From an uncultured Verrucomicrobiae bacterium (lineage in GTDB: Bacteria; Chlamydiota; Chlamydiia; Chlamydiales; Rhabdochlamydiaceae): a DNA stretch of 64,000 nucleotides. The translations under genes were made by a program, and so were the position numbers. The notes below the pieces were generated by a model. It did not search any database. It saw only the letters and a program-made list of their open reading frames with translations, and was not told the origin of the DNA. Position 1 is the first letter of the stretch. Every line of letters begins with the position of its first letter. Below are positions 50,243 to 63,062 of this stretch, piece after piece. The stretch spans positions 352,001 to 416,000 of the forward strand of contig CAWDYW010000003.1 of assembly GCA_963806855.1 (NCBI GenBank). The letters are read 5' to 3'.

Positions 50243-52184
50243 ATGACAGAGAACATTTACAAAGCAGCTCCTTTTTTCATACTCCGCACACCAGTGTGGG
50301 CGATCGAAGATTTTAACTCGGAGGAAAATTGGCTCAGAGTTATATCAGTCTAATCGACAATTGCGCGAGGCGATCGCAATTGCGGTTCCTGACCTAAAAT
50401 GTCGTAGCCCCGAGCGACTTGCGAAGACGATTTCTAATTACGCCAAACGGATGTCTACCCGCACAACCCCTTTCGGAAAATTTGCAGGAGTGATGCATGG
50501 TCGCTGGGCAGACAAAAGCGATCAGTTTTTAGATTTGTCAAAGCTTTGCTTCCCCGAACCTCACGTACAATATCCCATGGATGGCCCCTACTATCCCAAT
50601 CCTCTGCTTCAATTAAAAGGGGGGCGATATTTTTTAGGGCGAAAATCGATTCGTGCAAGTGCCCTGAATAGAGGATCGATCCAAACCCTACTGCAGCACC
50701 GCTTTCTTCTTCCAAAAGCACAGCCCTCACTTTTAACTGAATTCAGCGCAACGCATCACACTCCGATTTTTCACCTTTCGAAAAAGATTGCAGAAGAAGT
50801 GGAGAAAAAATTGTCCCAAAACCATTTTCAGAGACCACTCAAAGGGTATTTAAAGAAGTTTCTTGAGCGATATGGGATTTACCGCACTATTCCGTTAATG
50901 AAGCTATTTCGAGAAATACCCTGGGAGCGAGAAGAGATACTCAAGGAAGAGGCTGATGCTCCATATTCTCTCGATGTCTTTTGCAAAGTTTTCGATGATA
51001 CAGTGCAGATTACCGAAGTTAACTGCATGGGGGGCAGTTCGATGGGCCGCTTCCTTAACGTTCTCGGAGTTGGTGCAAAGAACGATCTGCAACAATTTTT
51101 CGACCAAGAAGAGGCTCTGGATCCTGCCGCGCAATTTGTAGAGATCTCTTACCTGCCGGAGAAAGGGGCGGAAATTGCGACTATTCCATGCTTGAGGAAA
51201 GCTAGGCTCGATCTGCATGGCCCCTCCACGTATACTTTCGACGATATTTACGTAGGAGCAACACCAGATCGGTTTTATCTAACATCAAAAGAAGGAAAAG
51301 TGGAAATCATTCCCCGCGCAGGGCATCGGCTCAATCCCGACAACGCCCCCGAACCGATCCGCTTCATGTTTGAGATCCACCGGACAATGGCATTTGAAGA
51401 ACCAAATGAGGGAATGCCATGGCTCAAAAGTGAGCGAGGGCATCATTTCTGCGAAATCGTCGTTCCAATGCTAAAAAAGCGAACCTATATAAAAAAGAAC
51501 TTCACTCCACGCGCCTACTTGGAAGTGCCTTTTGAACAGCGGTGGAAATTTCCAGGAAGCGAGTGGCTCTATGTGAAATTTTATACAGAGCAGATGGATC
51601 ACTTTCTCGTCCATCACCTCGCCCCCTTTGCCAAAAAGCTTGGCGTAGAGTGGTATTTCGTCCGTTACGCAAGGCATATCCGGTTTCGTGCCAAAGTCTC
51701 GAACTTAAATTTACCTAAAGCCTGGATGGAAGAGGGGCTCATCCAAAATATGGAGATCTGCTGCTATGAAAGAGAAGTTGAGCGATACGGGGGAGTGGAA
51801 GGAATGGCCGAGGCAGAAAAGATCTTCTGTTGGGATACAAAAAGGGTGATCGAAGAATTGAAATCGAAAAGAGCGGTTGGATGGGAAGCGCTGAGTGTGA
51901 TCGGCTTTGCAAAGAGTTTGGGATTTGAAATTCCCTCATGTGAAGGACATAAACATCTTTTAAAGGGATTTCGTGAGCATAAAAGCCGGTTGCTGGAAAG
52001 CTCGATCAACATAGATCCAATCCCATTTACCGTCCGGTCTCCAGAGATCTCCGATAGCCTACTCCATATGCACTGCAATCGATTAGGCTGCGATGAAATC
52101 AAGGCGCGGGTTTGGGCACTGAATCTTCTAACTGTGCCCGTTCAGATTAATCAATCGAGTAAATTGAAAGTTCACTTTGATTAG
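50243..52184 (+). CDS. lanB: Compact lantibiotic dehydratase (LanB): glutamylation plus elimination domains, one apparent frameshift near 50335
   Basis: FFILRTP from ATG 50243, LREAIAIA, YAKRMSTRTTPFGKFAGV, MGRF, EWLYVKFY, YFVRY, HIRFR, YEREVERYGG, HMHCNRLG. Confidence 0.85.
52012..52129. repeat. Direct repeat B, copy 1 (lanB 3' end)
   Basis: Collinear with 53041-53158. Confidence 0.85.
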
Positions 52185-52934
52185 ATTGCCTTTATAGCGA
52201 AGACTAATGGACTGAAATTCGTTCCACGATCGCCATAAATTCATTGGAATCCTTAATTCGATTATCCCTGGATATATTGAATGGAGCTCCTTCCATTTAA
52301 TATATCCAAATGGATTCTCAGGAGTTCGAACATAATTATAGAGAAAAAGTTGTACAACGGACTCTTCAGGATCTTGGATAATTGCTGAACCATCTTCTAA
52401 AGTTAATCCATTAGTGATTGGCAACACAGGCAGCCATTTGTTTCGAAGACGCTCCTCAGAAGGGGTCCACTCTTTAAACTCCTTCAATTTCAATTCATAT
52501 ACTGGGGCTTCGACAGCAATTCCAGCTGGATTCCAACCTGTTAAAACAGAGTCTGTTGCAGATGCCCCGTTCGTGGATTCTGGGCAGAATATGCCGTCAC
52601 CATCATCTGAATCATCCGTCTGAATTGTAGGAAATCCTCCTGTAGAAGGACAAGATGGCTTTAGCACTTCATCAATGTTGTTCGCTCCAGGCTTCACAAT
52701 TTGTGATGCCTCTTTGCCAATTTTCTGATTCTCCAGTGTGTTCGGAGATACAACTGTTGTTTTTCTTCTCCATTGGAGAAAGACGAGGGTGGATAACCCG
52801 ATAGCCCCGATAGTGCTTAAGGCGACTGGATAACTCATTGCTGTTGACCCTAAGTTGGATAGAATCGAACAAGTCCCTTGTCCAGCATAACTGCAGAATT
52901 TATTAATGGCTGTTTGTCTTAATTCATCTAGCAT
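52128..52934 (-). CDS. Hypothetical protein with N-terminal hydrophobic segment
   Basis: Long ORF; TM-like VALSTIGAIGLSTLVFL; lies between the two copies of repeat B. Confidence 0.6.
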   Translation of the reverse strand: MLDELRQTAINKFCSYAGQGTCSILSNLGSTAMSYPVALSTIGAIGLSTLVFLQWRRKTTVVSPNTLENQKIGKEASQIVKPGANNIDEVLKPSCPSTGGFPTIQTDDSDDGDGIFCPESTNGASATDSVLTGWNPAGIAVEAPVYELKLKEFKEWTPSEERLRNKWLPVLPITNGLTLEDGSAIIQDPEESVVQLFLYNYVRTPENPFGYIKWKELHSIYPGIIELRIPMNLWRSWNEFQSISLRYKGNLIKVNFQFTRLINLNGHS

Positions 52935-53040
52935 GACAACTATTGTACCATTGATTAGAATTTCAAACAATGAAATAGCATCAGGCTGTCAAGAAATAAT
53001 TTCGAATTGTCTTGCTGCACCAAAATGACATTTTGTCGAT

Positions 53041-53189
53041 TAGATCAGATCCCATTTACCATCCGATCTTCAGAGATCTGCGATAGCCTGATTCATATGC
53101 ACTGCAATCGGTTGGGGTGTGATGAAATTAAAGCGATGTTTTGGGCACTGCATCTTCTTTTAATTGAAAATAGAGCGAAAAAGAATTAA
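53041..53189 (+). pseudogene. Direct repeat B, copy 2: orphan duplicate of the lanB 3' end
   Basis: DQIPFTIRSSEICDSLIHMHCNRLGCDEIKAMFWAL versus DPIPFTVRSPEISDSLLHMHCNRLGCDEIKARVWAL in lanB. Confidence 0.85.
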
Positions 53190-53351
53190 AGGCTTAGGAA
53201 TAAGGATCATGTGTTGCATGTTTTTCAAATAGACATTCAGCTACAGAGATAAAAAGCCTTGATCATAAGATGCTTAGGTGAATAAGCTTATGTGAGCATG
53301 GCGCGCTTTTTTGGGTTCCAATGACTTGATTTTCTCGATATTCGACCCGCG

Positions 53352-53425
53352 TTTTCCCTGTATAAAACGTGAGATTTTCACGTTTTATACAGGGAAAAAC
53401 GTGAAAACTTCACATTTTATACAGG
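53352..53425. promoter_or_regulatory. Tandem palindromic operator-like sites upstream of the first AAA gene
   Basis: 21-bp perfect inverted repeat at 53352-53398; AAAACGTGA-N5-TCACRTTTT repeated with 32-bp spacing. Confidence 0.6.
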
Positions 53426-53444
53426 ATATGCTATAAGGAGGGGG

Positions 53445-54758
53445 ATGAAGCGAGACCTCTATAAAAAATTACTTCTATGGAAAATAGACCCAGCCCGGCA
53501 ACCCCTTTTAATCCAAGGGGCGCGCCAGGTCGGCAAAACTTATCTTTTAAAAGAGTTTGGGGCGAAAGAATATGCGCAGCTTTGCTATGTCAATTTTGAG
53601 GAGATGCCCCTTTGCAAAAGCTTCTTTGAAACCGACTTGAATCCTCATCGGATCATGCGCGATCTGGAGATCCACTTCGAAAGTAAATTTGACCCTGCCA
53701 ATACGCTCATTGTTTTCGATGAGATCCAAGAATGCCCCAATGCTTTGACCAGTTTGAAATATTTTTGTGAAAATGCTCCAGAATACTCCATTACTGCAGC
53801 CGGCTCCCTTTTGGGTGTAAAGTTATCTCAAGCACGAGGCTTCCCGGTGGGGAAAGTGCATTTTATGGACCTTTTTCCCATGAGCTTTTTTGAATTTCTT
53901 AATGCCGTCGGAAAGCCGCTCTTGAGAGAACTGCTCGATGAAATTAAGACCTTTGAACCCATCTCAGAGGCGCATCATCAACAACTATTGCAGTTACTTA
54001 AGCTCTATTTCTTCATTGGGGGGATGCCCAAGCCCATTTTACGTTATGTTGAAACCCAAGATCTGGATATCGTACGAGAAGTTCAAGAGGATATTCTAAA
54101 GGCTTACGTTCACGATTTTTCAAAACACGCCCCTTCCTCCCTCGTAGTCAAGATTTCTCTCATTTGGAATTCCATTCCCATTCATTTAGGCAAGGAGAAT
54201 AAGAAGTTTATTTTTGCAGCGGTAAAGAAAAGTGCTCGCGCCCGTGATTATGAAGAGGCTTTGCAGTGGCTCATCGATGCTGCACTCATTTACAAGGTGC
54301 AAGAGATCACAGCGCCTAAACTGCCTCTAATCAAATATGGCGATCATGAAGCATTTAAGATTTATCTACTCGATGTAGGCCTGCTCGGAGCGATGTGTCG
54401 ATTGCCGGCAAGGGTCATTGTGGAGGGGGATGAACTCTTTACCGAATTCAAAGGCTCCTTAACTGAAAACTACGTGGCTCAAGCTTTGATGGCGGCGCAT
54501 GGATATCCTCTTTATTATTGGACAAGCAGTAGAGAAGCCGAAGTGGATTTTATCTTAGAACATGATGGAAGAATCTACCCCTTGGAGGCTAAATCGGGCA
54601 ATTCAATTAAGAGTAAGAGTCTTCTAGTTTACCAAGAAAAATATCATCCGCCAGAGATCTCTCGCGCAACATTGAAAAATCTCAAAAAAGATGGGAATCT
54701 ATGTAATTATCCACTCTACTTCATCCATAGATTCCCTATGACCCTATCCGCAATGTAG
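53445..54758 (+). CDS. AAA ATPase (AAA_14) with DUF4143 domain
   Basis: GARQVGKT, FDEIQ, AAGSLLG, GGMP, KIYLLDVGLL, EVDF..PLEAK. Confidence 0.9.
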   Translation: MKRDLYKKLLLWKIDPARQPLLIQGARQVGKTYLLKEFGAKEYAQLCYVNFEEMPLCKSFFETDLNPHRIMRDLEIHFESKFDPANTLIVFDEIQECPNALTSLKYFCENAPEYSITAAGSLLGVKLSQARGFPVGKVHFMDLFPMSFFEFLNAVGKPLLRELLDEIKTFEPISEAHHQQLLQLLKLYFFIGGMPKPILRYVETQDLDIVREVQEDILKAYVHDFSKHAPSSLVVKISLIWNSIPIHLGKENKKFIFAAVKKSARARDYEEALQWLIDAALIYKVQEITAPKLPLIKYGDHEAFKIYLLDVGLLGAMCRLPARVIVEGDELFTEFKGSLTENYVAQALMAAHGYPLYYWTSSREAEVDFILEHDGRIYPLEAKSGNSIKSKSLLVYQEKYHPPEISRATLKNLKKDGNLCNYPLYFIHRFPMTLSAM

Positions 54759-54816
54759 AGGAAAAAAGCTAGGTTGGTGTTTCGAGAGCTTTTTTCCTCT
54801 ACATTGCGGATAGGGT
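54741..54816. repeat. Perfect 30-bp-arm hairpin overlapping the AAA stop codon
   Basis: ACCCTATCCGCAATGTAGAGGAAAAAAGCT / AGCTTTTTTCCTCTACATTGCGGATAGGGT. Confidence 0.85.
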
Positions 54817-54896
54817 GTTAGAAAACACATTGTGCAAAATGCTTTTCATAATTAGAATAGTGTGCAAAATTCGTACAAAAATAATCCTCAAAAACT

Positions 54897-55589
54897 ATGC
54901 CTGGACAATTATTATTACTTCCCAATCTCCTCGACAAAGAAGCTGAGCATCAGCTCTATTTCCCAATTTCCGTAGACCGCGCGGTTCAAAGCCTCAATGG
55001 ACTGATTGCGGAAAATGAAAAGGAGGGAAGGGCCTATTTAAAGCGCTTTGGGGTGCCGGTTCAAGGGTTCCCGATTAAGCTACTAAATGAACACTCGCAA
55101 GATATCGAAGAGCTATTGACTCCGATGAAAAATGGGGAGCGTTGGGGGCTGATCTCTGATGCAGGTCTTCCGGTGCTTGCCGATCCTGGTTACCAGCTCG
55201 TCAGACGGGCCCGTATGCTGGGGATCGCAGTCGAAGCGTTTATTGGGCCGAGCTCGCTATTTCTAGCCCTTATGCTCTCTGGACTCCCTGCTCAGCGGTT
55301 TGCTTTTCAGGGCTATTTTCCCTATGAGCCTGAGAAGGTCCTCAAGAAGCTGGAAGAGCGCTCGAGAGAGGAGAAGTCGACCCAAGTCTTCATTGAGACT
55401 CCCTATCGGAATGAAAAGGCGCTCACCACTTTGCTGGCAACCCTTTCAGACTCTACAGTCTTATCTGTTGCCTGGGATCTCACGATGCCCACCCAGGGAG
55501 TCGAGACCTATCCTATTAAGGACTGGAAGAAGCGCCTGTTGCCAAAGATCCATAAGCACCCCGCTGTTTTCCTATTTTTAAGTAGCTAA
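54897..55589 (+). CDS. RsmI-like SAM-dependent (tetrapyrrole methylase family) methyltransferase
   Basis: ISDAGLPVLADPG, GPSSL, FIETPYRN. Confidence 0.88.
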   Translation: MPGQLLLLPNLLDKEAEHQLYFPISVDRAVQSLNGLIAENEKEGRAYLKRFGVPVQGFPIKLLNEHSQDIEELLTPMKNGERWGLISDAGLPVLADPGYQLVRRARMLGIAVEAFIGPSSLFLALMLSGLPAQRFAFQGYFPYEPEKVLKKLEERSREEKSTQVFIETPYRNEKALTTLLATLSDSTVLSVAWDLTMPTQGVETYPIKDWKKRLLPKIHKHPAVFLFLSS

Positions 55590-55607
55590 TAGTGAATAGT
55601 TTGATCA

Positions 55608-55666
55608 ATCCTGTCTTGAATGGAGACAAGATTTTGTCATATCTTGTCTTGAATTAGGGCAGGATT
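55608..55666. promoter_or_regulatory. Tandem palindromic operator-like sites upstream of the second AAA gene
   Basis: ATCCTGTCTTGAATGGAGACAAGAT and ATCTTGTCTTGAATTAGGGCAGGAT, 33 bp apart. Confidence 0.55.
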
Positions 55667-55699
55667 TGTGATAATCTTACATTAAGAAGGAAAAGATCT

Positions 55700-56968
55700 A
55701 TGGATGCTCAGGCTATATTACGTATCATTCTTAGCGAATTTTACTCTAAGTTGGAGAGTCTGAAAGATCTCGTCCCTAGAGAAGCAGAGTTTGCTCAAGC
55801 GGCCAATAAGATCAAAGTCGCAATGGGGATGCGAAGAGCTGGAAAAACTTTTTTCGTTTATGAACATATTCTTTATCTTTTGAATCAGGGAATTAGTAGA
55901 GAACAGATTCTCTATATAAATTTTGAAGATGATCGACTTGAATTTTTAGAAAAAAAACTGCTCGGCAGGCTGGTAGATGCATTTTATTCTCTCTACCCCG
56001 AGAATCATGAACGAAAATGTTATCTATTCTTCGATGAAGTGCAGAATATCGAGGGATGGGCTCAGGTAATTAGGCGTCTTCACGATAGTAAAAATGCTGA
56101 GATCTTTTTGACTGGATCATCTGCTAAATTGCTCAGTAAAGAGATTGCAACAAATTTGCGTGGAAGATCCCTCTCTACCGAAATTTGGCCTTATAGCTTT
56201 GAAGAATTCTTAATCGCTCAGAAAATTTCGATAGACCGAAGTCTTTATGGAAATAAGACGAGGGATAATTTAATTAAAGCATTTAATCAGTATCTGACTA
56301 CAGGTGGATTCCCAGAGGTTGCTTTCTATGAACCAGATATAAGGCAGCAAACTCTACAGGAATATGTCGATATCGTCATCTATAGAGACATCATTGAACG
56401 GCATAAAATCAACAATCCTGCCCTGGTCAAACACATGATTATTTCCATGCTACATAATGTGGCGCGACCTTTTTCGATTAACAAATTTTATAATGAATCC
56501 AAAACACGAGGCTATGAGACTGGCCGAGAGGTTCTGTATGATTATGCTGACTATATTGAAGATGCTTATCTTGCCTTTGCTATTCCTATCTATGATCAGT
56601 CAGTTCGTAAAGTCCAAACGAATCCTAAAAAATTGTACGCGATAGACACTGGTTTAGTAAGAGCGCTCACATTAGATTATGATGGGGATTTAGGAAGGTT
56701 GTTTGAAAATATCATCTACTTAGATCTTAGAAGGCAAAGGTGTCAGGTCAGCTATTATCTCACGGAAGATCGAAAGGAGATCGACTTTATTGTGCAAACT
56801 CCTCGTGGGCATAAAAAATTCTTCCAAATTGTTTGGGACATGGAGGATGAAAAGACTTATCAGAGAGAATCTCAAGCATTAAAATCGGGGATGAGCGAAC
56901 TAAACATCCCCGGCGAAATAGTGACCCTCGATAGCTACTTGCAGAAGGGAATTATACTCCCTTCTTAG
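55700..56968 (+). CDS. AAA ATPase (AAA_14) with DUF4143 domain
   Basis: [35 protein letters not shown]. Confidence 0.9.
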   Translation: MDAQAILRIILSEFYSKLESLKDLVPREAEFAQAANKIKVAMGMRRAGKTFFVYEHILYLLNQGISREQILYINFEDDRLEFLEKKLLGRLVDAFYSLYPENHERKCYLFFDEVQNIEGWAQVIRRLHDSKNAEIFLTGSSAKLLSKEIATNLRGRSLSTEIWPYSFEEFLIAQKISIDRSLYGNKTRDNLIKAFNQYLTTGGFPEVAFYEPDIRQQTLQEYVDIVIYRDIIERHKINNPALVKHMIISMLHNVARPFSINKFYNESKTRGYETGREVLYDYADYIEDAYLAFAIPIYDQSVRKVQTNPKKLYAIDTGLVRALTLDYDGDLGRLFENIIYLDLRRQRCQVSYYLTEDRKEIDFIVQTPRGHKKFFQIVWDMEDEKTYQRESQALKSGMSELNIPGEIVTLDSYLQKGIILPS

Positions 56969-59478
56969 CAACTGCAAAGTTATCTTTGGCATCCTTGGGG
57001 GTCTCTTGGTCGATGAAGATAAATTTGCTGTTCTCGACCGAGATCAGCCAGTTGCCCCCTTTGTCGGGGTTGGTCAGGATCTTCTCTGCGATCGGGTCTT
57101 CGAGTTCTTGCTCGATTACGCGGCGCAGCGGACGGGCCCCCATTGTGGGATCGAATCCTTTGGAACAGAGGTAATCTTTCGCTTTGTTGTCGAGCTCGAT
57201 GTGGATGTTTTTCCGGATAAGTCGTTTCTGCACTTTTCCGATCTCGAGGTCGATCACTTTCATCAGATGGCTCTTGTCGAGTGGTCTGAAGATCACAATG
57301 CCATCGAGGCGGTTGAGAAACTCTGGTTTGAACCCTTTCTTGACAGCTGAATCGATCTTCTCTTGCATGGTCTTGTAGTCGATCATGCCCTCTGTAGCGC
57401 CAAAGCCCATTTCGGTCGATTTGCGGATCAGGTCAGCCCCCAGATTGGAGGTCATGATGATGATCGCATTGCGGAAGTCGATCTTGCGGCCAAAGGCATC
57501 GGTGAGGCGTCCCTCTTCGAGGATTTGCAGGAGGAGGTTCATCACATCCGGGTGCGCTTTTTCCACTTCGTCAAACAGGACGACGCAATAGGGACGCTGA
57601 CGCACTTGCTCGGTCAACTGGCCCCCTTCTTCGTGGCCGACGTAGCCTGGAGGAGATCCCGTCATGCGGCTAACGGCAAATTTCTCCATGTACTCGGACA
57701 TGTCGATTTGGATCAGCGCGTCTTCTCCCCCGAACATCTGGATCGCCAGCTGTTTGGCTAGGAGCGTTTTCCCAACGCCGGTGGGGCCAAGGAATAGGAA
57801 GGCTCCAATGGGGCGTCGTGGATCTTTAATATCGGCTCGGCTGCGGCGGATAGCGCGGCAGACGGTGTGGAGAGCGTCATCTTGACCGACAACGGTCCCT
57901 CTGAGCTCATCTTCCATTTTGAGCACACGTTGGGTCTCGTTTTGTGTCAGGCGGGTGACGGGAATGCCAGTCTGTTTGCCGACGATATAGGCCACTTCGT
58001 CTTCATCGACGATCACTTTTTGCTGCTCTTTGGCGTTTTCCCACTCTTCGATGATCCGCTGCAGCTCTAGGCGCAATTTTTTCTCATTATCGCGCAGCTT
58101 GGCAGCTTTTTCATACTCTTGCTTGCTGATCGCATCTTCTTTAGCGATGCGGGTGTCTTCGATCTCTTTTTCATATTTGGTGATCTCCTCTGGCTGGAGC
58201 ATCGAAGCAACGCGGGCTTTTGCACCGGCTTCGTCGATGAGGTCGATCGCCTTATCGGGAAGGTAGCGGCCCACCAGGTAGCGGTCCGACATATAGACGG
58301 CGCCGCGGATCGCATCATCGGTATAGATACACTTATGGTGCTCTTCGTACTTGGGCTTTAATCCGGTCAAGATCGCAATGGTGTCTTCGAGCGATGGAGG
58401 AGCGACGAGGATTTTTTGGAAACGGCGCTCTAGGGCGGCGTCTTTCTCGATGTGTTTGCGGTATTCGTCGATTGTGGTCGCGCCGATCACCTGGATCTCT
58501 CCTCGGGAGAGAGCAGGCTTTAGAATATTGGAGGCGTCGATTGCCCCTTCAGCAGCTCCGGCTCCGACAATCGTGTGGATCTCGTCGATGAAGAGGAGGA
58601 TGTTGCCATGCTTTTTGACCTCATCCATCACCGCTTTGATTCGCTCTTCGAATTGACCCCGGTATTTTGTCCCGGCGATCATCAGAGTGAGGTCGAGAGA
58701 AATGAGTTTTTTCTTAGAAAGATTATCGGGAACCTCTCCCTGGATGATCGCTTGGGCCAGCCCCTCGACAATCGCCGTCTTTCCGACGCCGGCTTCTCCA
58801 ATGAGGACAGGGTTGTTTTTCCTTCTGCGACAAAGAATCAGAATCAGCCTTTCGACCTCTTCTTTGCGGCCGATCACCGGATCGAGCTTCCCTTCGCGGC
58901 ACAGTTCAGTGAGGTCGTGACCATAGGCGCGCAGAGCGGGGAGTTTGTCGGCAGTCGGAGCGCCAGGAGTGCTTTTTCCCCCGGTTTGGCTCCAGGAGTG
59001 ATGACCCCGAGCTTCCCATCGGTGGAAGTTGTAAATTGAACGTTTCAAGCTCTTTGAGTACCTCTTTGCGGATGTCTTTGAGATTGACGTTGAGATTTTC
59101 GAGCACTTGGGCAGCGACGCCATCAGTTTGGCGCAAAAGAGCGAGGAGGAGGTGCTCTGTGCCAACATAGTTGTGGTTGAGCGCGGCCGCTTCTTCGTTG
59201 GCAAATTCGAAGACCTTCTTCACTTTGCCAGTCAGCGCGGGGTCGCCATAGACTTGGATTTCAGGACCAAAGCCGACTAGACGCTCCACTTCTGTACGGA
59301 CAGTCTCATAGTCGAGGTTAAGATTGCGCAGCACATTGACTGCAATCCCTTGCCCGAGCTTTAAGAGTCCAAGAAGGACGTGCTCCGTGCCGAGATAATT
59401 ATGGTTGAGACGTTGAGCCTCTTTTTTGGCCAATTTAATGACCTGCTTTGCCCTATTAGTGAACTTATCAAACATCAT
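56952..59478 (-). CDS. clpC: ATP-dependent Clp protease ATP-binding subunit (apparent frameshift near 58980-59010)
   Basis: Two Clp-N repeats ([14 protein letters not shown]), [19 protein letters not shown] middle domain, MGF loop. Confidence 0.93.
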
Positions 59479-59623
59479 ATTAAAACCCTCTTCCGGCACA
59501 TTATCTTCTAAAGCCCATTTTTCTCAAAACAGAGAAAGATTATCAAGGAAAGTTTTTATTTCTTTCAAAAATCGATTGCAACCCATTGACCCTGAAAAAG
59601 CAATCGATTATGATTAACCCATT

Positions 59624-59887
59624 ATGCAAGCAATCAATCAAGAAGAAGAAGAGTTAGTGGCAAAGGTCCCATCCGGCGCCATTTTTCGTCATTATAAAGG
59701 AAAACTATACAAAATTATCCAAATCGGTCGCCACACAGAAGAGCATACCTTGCAAGTGGTCTATCAAGCTCTTTACAAAACCGACACCTATGGAGACCAG
59801 CCGATTTGGATCCGTCCGTTGAAAATGTTTTTAGAAACGGTCACGATCAATGGGCAAGAGGTCCCACGTTTTGAACTCATACGCTGA
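59624..59887 (+). CDS. DUF1653 family protein
   Basis: FRHYKGKLY, HTE, VVYQALY, WIRPLKMF. Confidence 0.88.
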   Translation: MQAINQEEEELVAKVPSGAIFRHYKGKLYKIIQIGRHTEEHTLQVVYQALYKTDTYGDQPIWIRPLKMFLETVTINGQEVPRFELIR

Positions 59888-60550
59888 ATGGAGTATCCTC
59901 GACACCGGGATCGGGTCTGCCGAGGAGAACATGCGTCTTGATGCCGAGCTTTTGGAAACCCTCGATCCTCACGCCCTGCCTATTCTCCATTTCTATGACT
60001 GGGCCGGCGACTGCGCCACCTATGGCCATTTCGTCAATCCGGCCGATTTCCTCAATCTCGAGGAGGCGAAAAAAAAAGGACTTAAGCTTGCGAAGCGGCC
60101 CACGGGCGGCGGGATCGTCTTTCATCTCTGGGATTTGGCGTTCTCCGTCCTCATTCCCGCCGGCCATCCCCAATTTTCTGAAAATACCCTCGATAATTAC
60201 GCCTTTGTCAACAATCGGGTCCTCGCCGCTGTGACAAACATTATAGGGCAAAGTCCGATGCTGATCCCCGAAAGTGCATCCGCTCCTGACGCCTCCTGCA
60301 CCCGCTTTTGCATGGCACAGCCGACCAAATATGATGTGGTTTTGAATGGAAGGAAAGTGGCGGGAGCGGCTCAGAGAAAAACCAAAAGAGGATTTTTGCA
60401 TCAGGGAACGATCGCCCTGCAAATGCCCTCAGAAGAATATCTAAAACCGATCGTACACTCGTCAAAAGTCTTAGAGGCGATGATGGCGAGCACTTTTCCC
60501 TTAGAAAAAGAACGGGGAGCACTTAGAGAAGAACTGGAGAATCAATTTGT

Positions 60551-60572
<22 letters not shown>
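59871..60572 (+). CDS. Lipoate-protein ligase A family protein
   Basis: [27 protein letters not shown]; start uncertain. Confidence 0.88.
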
Positions 60573-62071
<1,499 letters not shown>

Positions 62072-62083
62072 AGGAAAGGGATT

Positions 62084-62799
62084 ATGCAGTGCACAGCTGT
62101 TGAAGCAAACCAATGTGCAGCATCTTACCTGCCGACAGAAAATGAGTGGATTAATTCTGCTCTGGTTTGCCTCTCTGCGGGTTTCTCTTTACTCCCATAG
62201 TCGGATTAACGTGCGCAGTAGCGAATATTGTTTTAGCAAAACTGGCACAATCTAACTCTGAAACCACATGGATTCCTCTCAATGAAAAAACGGTAGAAGA
62301 AATCAAAATACCCTGGATTGAGGATGGAGAGGTCTTTGCAACGATTCAAATTATTTATGGGATCTTCTTTTCTATTTTCCAGATTTCTGTAAACCAGGTA
62401 GCAATTCAATGGATGAGATTATCTACCACGACGATATGGGAAATCTCTTATGTTTTTTCATATGCTTGTATTCTTGCGCCAATTATTGAGGAAATTGTAT
62501 TTCGAGGATTTTTGCAAGAAAAAATCAAAGATATTCAAGTTCTCTGTTTCGGAAAGGAAGCAGCAAATAGTTTCATTAATAAAATTGTACGTATTGCATT
62601 ACAGGCCCTTGCTTTTGGTTTAGTTCACTATCATGCTCTTCAAGGATTATTCAATATAGTGGTTGTCATTATGACTGGATTAATAGGTTTTTCTTCAGGC
62701 TTTCTTAAAGAAGAAACTAACGCTTTAGGTGCATCCATCTCTTATCATTCACTTATTAACACCGGAGTTTTTGGTCGAGTTTTAGTCTTCGGGACTTGA
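62084..62799 (+). CDS. CPBP/Abi family intramembrane metalloprotease (possible 5' frameshift)
   Basis: EEIVFRG, FGLVH, HSLIN; RBS-bearing ATG at 62084 is out of frame with the main ORF. Confidence 0.8.
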
Positions 62800-63062
62800 C
62801 TAGGGGCTGCGGGGACTAATTAAAAAAATTAATATATGTTTATTGAAAACGGCCCGAACTGGTAATTGGACCTTCCATGATTTAAGGTGGTCCCATGCTA
62901 ATAAAGTTAGTTTTCGGCAGGCTATTATTTATACTTAATAGATTGAATATAAAATAGTGCCACATTAAAAGTGCTATTCATCTGGCTCTTTAGACAAGTT
63001 TGGGTTTTTTTATATATTTCTTGTTTTAAAGAATGCATTAAATTTGTATAATCATTACTAAT

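Noticed and set aside
62953..62980. CIRCE-like inverted repeat
   Set aside because: Poor match to TTAGCACTC-N9-GAGTGCTAA and no chaperone gene downstream
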